Shown here: piece by piece, positions 25,777 through 31,458 of the stretch
Position numbering within the stretch: the stretch's first letter is position 1
How the letters are laid out: every line of letters starts with the position of its first letter
Virus record (IMG/VR): IMGVR_UViG_3300017651_000192
Coordinates: 1 to 31,458 of that record
Reading direction: 5' to 3' (one strand)
Source of the DNA: a virus
Lineage: Duplodnaviria > Caudoviricetes
Length of the DNA: 31,458 bases
Notes under the pieces: generated by a model
Seen by the model: the letters and a program-made list of their open reading frames with translations, nothing else
The model's database searches: none
Told to the model about the DNA's origin: nothing
Made by a program: the position numbers and the translations under genes

Positions 25777-26921
25777 GCGAACGGTTTGTGCTGCGCATCA
25801 CCGAGTCAGTGATGGCTCCACAGGGCCAGACCGCCGCTGACGTGATTGTCGAGCAGGTGCTGAATCCCGCCGTGACGGCGCTGCGCTGGTCGTGGGATCA
25901 GGCGGGGCCAGCGGCGCTGGATGTGTCGCTGCGTCGCGACCAGCGTCGCCCGGTTGTCGGCATCCTGCCAGCCGACATGGCGATTCCCGAACACGCGCAC
26001 ATCGAGGTCTGGCACGGCGCAACGATCCTGTGGGATGGCTACGTGCTGACTGAGGAACGCGGGCAGGGCGGCGTCATCACGCGCATTGCGGCTGTCGGCT
26101 ACATGCAGTCGCTCGCTGACATCGAGTGGGACTACACGGGGTTTGCCAGCGCCACAACAGGCGACCTGATGATGCGACGGCTGCTGGATCAGCGTGCGCC
26201 GTGGCTGCGCCCAGACACCTCGGGCCGCTGGATTGACCCGCTGGTCACGCTCGGGACACTCGACTCCTACAACGGCCAGATGGTCGCGCAGATTGTCGAC
26301 ATCATCCGCAACGCCGGTGACATCGCCCGCAACCAACTGTGGATCATGGCACGACCCGGTCGCAGTGTCGTGATGGAGCCACGGCTGGCACCGCTGGAGC
26401 CGCACTACCGCATCGCATTTGACCACCGGGTGCAGGCATGGACTGCCGACTATTCCCAGACGGCGCGCGCCGTGAAGGCCCGCTACGGACCGTCCAGTAG
26501 CCCGGCCAGTACCGCGCTGGCTGTCAACCCGGATAGCGAATCGTTCCGCGTCGTGACCGTGCAGGCGGGCGAGGTGGGGGTGGATGCCGCCAACGCGATG
26601 CGCGACGCCGAACTGGCACGGCGGGCAGCACCAATTGTGAAAGGGACTCTCGGTGCCAATGCCGACCCGCGGACGTGGCCCACGCTCTCGGGTGGGCAAT
26701 CGGTGCCGTGGTGGCAGCCTGTTGTCGGTGAGTGGGTCGCGGTCGCGGGCTATGACCCGTTGCCGATCGTCGCGGTGACGATCGACGGCATGGCGCAGAC
26801 AGCAACGTACGAGCTGGGCGAGCGCGACCTGTCGCTGACGTGGAATCGCGGGCGGCTGGCGCGGCAGGCAGCCGTGCAGTTTCGGACGCAGACGGCACCG
26901 ATGGGCGGCAGGCTGAGATAG
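25773..26921 (+). CDS. tail hub / Tal-like minor tail protein
   Basis: ATGA overlap; IEVW...LWDGYV...I.AVGY; second gene after the tape measure. Confidence 0.7.
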   Translation: MSERFVLRITESVMAPQGQTAADVIVEQVLNPAVTALRWSWDQAGPAALDVSLRRDQRRPVVGILPADMAIPEHAHIEVWHGATILWDGYVLTEERGQGGVITRIAAVGYMQSLADIEWDYTGFASATTGDLMMRRLLDQRAPWLRPDTSGRWIDPLVTLGTLDSYNGQMVAQIVDIIRNAGDIARNQLWIMARPGRSVVMEPRLAPLEPHYRIAFDHRVQAWTADYSQTARAVKARYGPSSSPASTALAVNPDSESFRVVTVQAGEVGVDAANAMRDAELARRAAPIVKGTLGANADPRTWPTLSGGQSVPWWQPVVGEWVAVAGYDPLPIVAVTIDGMAQTATYELGERDLSLTWNRGRLARQAAVQFRTQTAPMGGRLR

Positions 26922-26991
26922 CGAGGTGAGCGATGAACGGCGGGAGAACGCCGGCGTGCTCGACACGAGATAGGACGCAGAGTGAGCGTCA

Positions 26992-27219
26992 ATGACAGCA
27001 CAGGACATCTGGCAACTGATATCCAGTGGTGGAGGCACCGCCGCGCTGGTCGTCGTCCTGTGGCTGATTCTCACGGAGCGGCTGGTTACTGGGACACAGT
27101 ACCGGAGAGAGATCGACCGCAACCAGCGGCTCGATCAGGAGAACCGCGAACTCCTGCGCCTACAGCAGCGGACGGTGAACGTGATCGACACGTACACCTC
27201 TCGGCAGCACTCCGACTGA
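26992..27219 (+). CDS. membrane protein with coiled-coil tail (holin-like)
   Basis: GGTAALVVVLWLIL TM segment followed by a charged helix; upstream of the endolysin. Confidence 0.65.
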   Translation: MTAQDIWQLISSGGGTAALVVVLWLILTERLVTGTQYRREIDRNQRLDQENRELLRLQQRTVNVIDTYTSRQHSD

Positions 27220-27422
27220 TGCGCCGCTTACTGCGCTGGCTGCGCGTGCAGATGACCGGCGGATCCGGCAGGCCGACTCGCTCGCATGCAAACGCTATCG
27301 ACGTCTACATGGAGATGCGCTCGGAGGACATCGAGCGACTCAGCAAACAGGTCGCGTATTTCGAGGAACGCCTCGGCATTGAGCAGCAGATAGATGAGCA
27401 CAGACATGATGGTGGCAGTTGA
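27219..27422 (+). CDS. hypothetical protein (lysis region)
   Basis: TGATG coupling at both ends; MRRLLRWLR amphipathic start. Confidence 0.6.
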   Translation: MRRLLRWLRVQMTGGSGRPTRSHANAIDVYMEMRSEDIERLSKQVAYFEERLGIEQQIDEHRHDGGS

Positions 27423-27799
27423 TGTTCGGGACTGTCTCTCCGGCAGAGGTCGTCTGGGTCGCGGTGGCTGGATGGGGCGCTATCCATCACCTGCGGATCC
27501 ACCGCGCCATTCGTCACGACATCCATCTGCTCGAGCGCGGCGTACTGCCTGTCTCAGATGGCGCGATGGCGCTGTTCCGCGCCGATGCAGAGAGCGAATT
27601 CGACTGGGCAGCATGGAAGAGCGGCATTGCGCTGGTTGGCGTCATCAGGATGACGCAGCCGCCGCCGTACCTGGATTGGCAACAGATCACCATCGTCTCG
27701 GCTCTGATGGGTCTGGTGCTGTGGACCCGCTGGCGTTCGGAGCTGCGCAGCCGCAGGCGCAACCGGATTATCTGCAGACGGAAGAGAGATAAGGCATGA
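27422..27799 (+). CDS. membrane protein (lysis region)
   Basis: Two to three hydrophobic segments, Arg-rich C-terminus; ATGA overlap with the endolysin. Confidence 0.65.
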   Translation: MFGTVSPAEVVWVAVAGWGAIHHLRIHRAIRHDIHLLERGVLPVSDGAMALFRADAESEFDWAAWKSGIALVGVIRMTQPPPYLDWQQITIVSALMGLVLWTRWRSELRSRRRNRIICRRKRDKA

Positions 27800-29193
27800 G
27801 CTATACGCGCAACTCGCCGATTCAGGGCACCGGCGTCGCGTCGGCTGAGGCTATTCAAGCGTGGTTTGCCGCCAACGCGGCGCGGGGCGCATCGTGGGTT
27901 GGCCTGCCAGTTGCGCCGATTCCAGCCGACCTCGGCGTGTCGATTGTCCGGTCTGCTGGGCGCTATGGATTCAACAGTGACGAGGGCGCGGCACAGATCG
28001 CCCACGAGACGGCGTTCGGGCAGTCGAGGATCTTCCGCGACAAACTGAATCCGGCCGGCATCGGTGCCGAGAATGACGACCCGTACCGCAAGGCTCTGAC
28101 ATACACAACCGTCGGTGACGGCTGCGACGCATGGGCTGCGCACCTCGCAGGCTACGTGCTCGGTGACGGGCCGTGGAACGCACTCTCGCCACGCTACGCG
28201 ATCGTCAAAGCCAACGGCTGGGCGGGCATCGTTCGGGTGCTGGCTGATCTCGAGCAACGATGGGCCTGGACTCCGCAGGCGAAATACGACGCCACGCCGC
28301 TCGACCAGCGTTACGGCGCGAAGGTCGCGGCACTCGCAAACGACCTTGTGGATTTCGCGAACAACCAGACATGGGAGCCGCCGATGGCTGACATTCCGAT
28401 CATCCAGATGTTGCTACCGGTCGACGCATCCAACACGCCGCGCCGATCTATGACCCCGCTCTACATCACGATCCACGAGACGGCCAACCCTGCCAAAGGC
28501 GCGAACGCGGTGATGCACGGCAGGTGGCTGCTCAATCTCGCCAATGATGGAGCTGATGAACCGTCGTGGCATTACACGGTTGACGATCACCAGATTGTGC
28601 AGCACATGCCGATCAATCGGGCTGGCTGGCATGCCGGCGATGGCGGCAACGGTACCGGCAACATGGAGAGTATCGGCATCGAACTGTGCGTCAACAGCGA
28701 CGGCGACATACAGAAGACGCGTGACAACGCCGCGTGGCTCGTCAGGAAGCTCCGCAGTGAGACGGGCATCCCTGCTGATCGTGTCGTGCAGCACAACCAC
28801 TGGAGCGGCAAGGACTGCCCACGATTGCTGCGGCAGTCTGGCTGGGCCGCGTTCATTGCGTCGATACAGGACGCGCCAGAACCGACGCCAGAACAACCCG
28901 TCGACAAGTGGGTCATCCCTGACGGGCCGAACAAGGGCGCGGGATTCCAGCAGGGCTTCCGGGCATGGCTGGAAACACAGGCACGGGCACGATTCCCCGA
29001 CGATCTGAACGCCGGGGCGCTGGCCATCACGGGCTATCCCGAGGCCGACGAATACGGCGCAGACGATGGCTGCTCGTATCAGGTTTGCCAGCGCATGACA
29101 CTGCGCTGGATGCCGAACACCGCGCCACCGTGGGACATCGTGCCGTTGCTGCGTGACGAGCCGATCCCACCGCCGAAGGGCAGTGAGTCATGA
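27796..29193 (+). CDS. endolysin: glucosaminidase/lysozyme-like domain + N-acetylmuramoyl-L-alanine amidase (Amidase_2) + C-terminal binding domain
   Basis: AQIAHETAFG...NPAGIGA; ITIHETAN, SWHYTVDD, WHAGDG, SIGIELC, HNHWSGKDCP; PEPTPEQP linker. Confidence 0.92.
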   Translation: MSYTRNSPIQGTGVASAEAIQAWFAANAARGASWVGLPVAPIPADLGVSIVRSAGRYGFNSDEGAAQIAHETAFGQSRIFRDKLNPAGIGAENDDPYRKALTYTTVGDGCDAWAAHLAGYVLGDGPWNALSPRYAIVKANGWAGIVRVLADLEQRWAWTPQAKYDATPLDQRYGAKVAALANDLVDFANNQTWEPPMADIPIIQMLLPVDASNTPRRSMTPLYITIHETANPAKGANAVMHGRWLLNLANDGADEPSWHYTVDDHQIVQHMPINRAGWHAGDGGNGTGNMESIGIELCVNSDGDIQKTRDNAAWLVRKLRSETGIPADRVVQHNHWSGKDCPRLLRQSGWAAFIASIQDAPEPTPEQPVDKWVIPDGPNKGAGFQQGFRAWLETQARARFPDDLNAGALAITGYPEADEYGADDGCSYQVCQRMTLRWMPNTAPPWDIVPLLRDEPIPPPKGSES

Positions 29194-29399
29194 CCGACTG
29201 GTACTGGACGGCGTTCTGGGCCGTCACCATCGTCACGATGGTCGTTGCTGATGTCATCGCCGCGACCAACAACCGACCCAACGACACTCTGACTGAGCAC
29301 GTTCGATCTCTGTCGCGGCACCGCTGGTTCCGTATCGCGCTACTGGCATTTCTGGTTTGGGCGGTTGTCCATCTGCTCGGGCCGGCCGGATTCGTTTAG
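29190..29399 (+). CDS. two-TM membrane protein (holin-like)
   Basis: ATGA overlap with the endolysin stop; TM-DTLTEHVR-TM. Confidence 0.7.
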   Translation: MTDWYWTAFWAVTIVTMVVADVIAATNNRPNDTLTEHVRSLSRHRWFRIALLAFLVWAVVHLLGPAGFV

Positions 29400-29408
29400 G
29401 AGGTACCG

Positions 29409-29744
29409 ATGACCGACGTTGGCAGCATCGCAATCGCAGCAGGCGTGTTTGGCACCGTCGGGGTGTCGGCGCTGGTCATGCTGCTGGTTGAGCTCGTCAA
29501 AGCCTACTGGCCGGATTTGCAGGGCCGCAGGGCGGAGATTGCCGTGACGTGCGTGTCGGTTGCGACCGTCCTGCTGGTGCTGTTGTCGACCCGTGCCGAC
29601 TGGATGAGCCGCGATACGTACATCGCGCTGGCCATTGGGACGTTTTCGGTCAACGTGCTGGCGCGGGGACTGTACGCACGACAGGCAGCGACCAGCGCGA
29701 GAGGGGGTGATGCCGATTCTGCCGCGCATTCCCCGAACGATTGA
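29409..29744 (+). CDS. holin (three TM)
   Basis: AGGAGGT SD; three hydrophobic helices, LVELVK, ARGLY. Confidence 0.75.
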   Translation: MTDVGSIAIAAGVFGTVGVSALVMLLVELVKAYWPDLQGRRAEIAVTCVSVATVLLVLLSTRADWMSRDTYIALAIGTFSVNVLARGLYARQAATSARGGDADSAAHSPND

Positions 29745-29770
29745 ACGATTGACAGATAGGAGACAGAACG

Positions 29771-30274
29771 ATGGCAATCGTCAACACGGATATCAAAACC
29801 TACCTGTCCGGCGGATCCAGTAACAGCAACCCGAACGCCTCGCTGGGCGGCGCGAAATCGACGACGCTCTGGACAGGCGGCACGCTACACGATCTGTTCG
29901 ACGTAGTGACGGGTGATGAGAACGCCGCATCGGACGTGGAGTATCGCTGCGTCTACATCCAGAACGGCCACGGGTCACTGGCGACGAGCGCCGGGAAACT
30001 GTGGATTCAGTCGCAGGTATCGGGCGGCGCGACGTTGGCAATCGGTCTTGATCCGGCGGGCAAGAACGCGGAGGCTGCGACGGCCGCAAATGAGAACACG
30101 GCTCCGGCTGGCGTGTCGTTCTCGGCACCGACCGATAAGGCCAGCGGCCTGACGATGCCGGACCTGTCGGCCGGCGACTACATCGGGGTGTGGTTCCGGC
30201 GCACGGCGGCAAACTCGGCGGCGCTGGATGCGGACGGCGCGACCGTCCGGTTCGCGTTCGATAGCCCGGCGTAG
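29771..30274 (+). CDS. putative virion structural protein (appendage/decoration)
   Basis: AGGAG SD; LSGGSSN..PNASLGG, LFD.V...E....VEYRCVYI.N, VWFRRT; G/A/S/T-rich. Confidence 0.65.
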   Translation: MAIVNTDIKTYLSGGSSNSNPNASLGGAKSTTLWTGGTLHDLFDVVTGDENAASDVEYRCVYIQNGHGSLATSAGKLWIQSQVSGGATLAIGLDPAGKNAEAATAANENTAPAGVSFSAPTDKASGLTMPDLSAGDYIGVWFRRTAANSAALDADGATVRFAFDSPA

Positions 30275-30285
30275 GGACGTAGCAG

Positions 30286-31458
30286 ATGGCATCGGTCACG
30301 CTGTCACCAACGGGGGCGTCCGGCTGGACGAACTCCGGCAACGTCACGGCGAGCGATAACTCGCGAGCGTCAACGTCCATCAGCGGACCAGGCACTTCAG
30401 CGACCCTCACGGTCTCGTTCCCGGGTGCTGGCATCGGCGCGTCCGACATCATCGATGGGATTCAGGTCGATATCGAGGGATACGTGAGCAGTGCGTCAAG
30501 CATCGCACTGTCCAACGGTGGGGGCGTTACGCTGCCGAAGGGGAGTGTCGGCACGAGCGGAGCGCTCTGGACGACATCGGATGCGATCTACACCGTGGGC
30601 GGCGCAACGGCCATGTGGGGGGCATCGTGGTCCGCCAGTGATTTCAACACCGCCTGGTCACTGGGCATTGTGCTGTACAACCGCACCGGGTCATCGAGAG
30701 ATGCGTTTGTAGATTCCGTCACGGTCACGATCTACTACCACGCTGGCACCGTCGAGGTAAACGCCGACCGCAGCCTGTCATGGTCTGTCCGCGCTCCGGT
30801 CACCGCCGATCGTTCGCTCTCGTGGGCGGTGCGCACAGGCGTGACGGCTGACCGCAACCTGTCATGGTCAGTCAGGAGCGCCATCACGGCGGATCGGGCG
30901 CTGTCATGGGCCGTCCGGCAGGCCATCACCGCCGACCGTGCGCTCGCGTGGAGCGTCCGGCAGGCCATCGAGGCGGATCGCGATCTCGCATGGGCAGTGC
31001 GGCAGATTGTCGAATCCGACCGTGTGCTGCTGTGGGACGTGGAACCAGCGGTCGGCGTGGTCGTTGTCGACCGTGGCCTGTCGTGGGACATCCGCGCCAT
31101 CGTCAACGCCGACCGGGCCGTCTCGTGGGATGTGCGCACGCTGACAGCGGCTGATTCCGTCCTGCTGTGGGACGTGCGCGAACTGGCCGAAGCCGACCGC
31201 GATCTCACGTGGGATATCCGGGAGATCGTCGAGGCAGATCGTGAGCTCGTCTGGCGCGTCCGAACGAACGCCATCATCCGGCAGATCACCGTCCACGGCT
31301 CCGCACGCGCGGCACAGGTTGTCAGTGGAGCGCCGCATGTGCTGGCCGTCAGCGGCAGTCTGCACGTCATGCCGGCCGTCTCGGGCTCACTACGCGAGGG
31401 CATCAACGCGACCGGATCGGCGCGACAACCGGTCATTGTGAAAGGTTCACCGGCATGA
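30286..31458 (+). CDS. putative fibre/spike protein with 14-aa Trp repeats
   Basis: S/T/G-rich beta N-domain, 12 repeats, short VxGS repeats; stop codon at the last base of the window. Confidence 0.7.
   Translation: MASVTLSPTGASGWTNSGNVTASDNSRASTSISGPGTSATLTVSFPGAGIGASDIIDGIQVDIEGYVSSASSIALSNGGGVTLPKGSVGTSGALWTTSDAIYTVGGATAMWGASWSASDFNTAWSLGIVLYNRTGSSRDAFVDSVTVTIYYHAGTVEVNADRSLSWSVRAPVTADRSLSWAVRTGVTADRNLSWSVRSAITADRALSWAVRQAITADRALAWSVRQAIEADRDLAWAVRQIVESDRVLLWDVEPAVGVVVVDRGLSWDIRAIVNADRAVSWDVRTLTAADSVLLWDVRELAEADRDLTWDIREIVEADRELVWRVRTNAIIRQITVHGSARAAQVVSGAPHVLAVSGSLHVMPAVSGSLREGINATGSARQPVIVKGSPA
30757..31263 (+). repeat. degenerate 42-bp coding tandem repeat (12 copies)
   Basis: (V/I)xADRxLxWxVRxx repeated, with one 2-residue insertion at EPAVGVV. 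Confidence 0.9.

Larger units (their letters stand above)
1..31458 (+). mobile_element. siphovirus-type phage/prophage segment
   Basis: Full head-neck-tail-lysis gene order with a long tape measure and no sheath; no host genes recognised. Confidence 0.95.

Noticed and set aside
25806-27122. 438-aa minus-strand ORF
   Set aside because: Antisense shadow of the Tal-like gene; no recognisable domain.
30757-31263. Tandem repeats as CRISPR or DGR template/variable repeats
   Set aside because: They are in-frame degenerate coding repeats with no spacers, no adenine-specific variation, and no reverse transcriptase in the window.

Overview
The window is about 31.5 kb of a GC-rich, siphovirus-type tailed phage or prophage, almost all on the + strand. 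It opens inside an amino-DNA methyltransferase, followed by a VRR-NUC nuclease, a TGT-fold DpdA-like base-exchange enzyme and about 17 small accessory ORFs, four of which share a repeated gene-junction sequence. A complete morphogenesis block follows: TerS, TerL, SPP1-type portal, a split MuF-like minor head protein, scaffold, HK97-fold capsid, head-tail joining proteins, tail tube, tail chaperone with a -1 frameshift, a 1387-aa tape measure, a giant Dit-like protein and a Tal/hub. The window ends with a lysis cassette (dual-catalytic endolysin flanked by membrane proteins) and two probable virion appendage genes. Two insertions interrupt the late region: a divergent HTH / GIY-YIG / SWIM cassette (9996-11576) and a minus-strand membrane-protein gene before the tape measure. 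The most striking non-coding signal is a twice-repeated promoter + 17-nt box + terminator-like hairpin leader placed before terS and before the scaffold/capsid genes, beside a small Cys4 zinc-ribbon gene; it is a candidate late-gene attenuation/antitermination system. No integrase, tRNA, rRNA, CRISPR array or reverse transcriptase was seen. All family calls come from motifs recognised by eye and from gene order, not from database searches.
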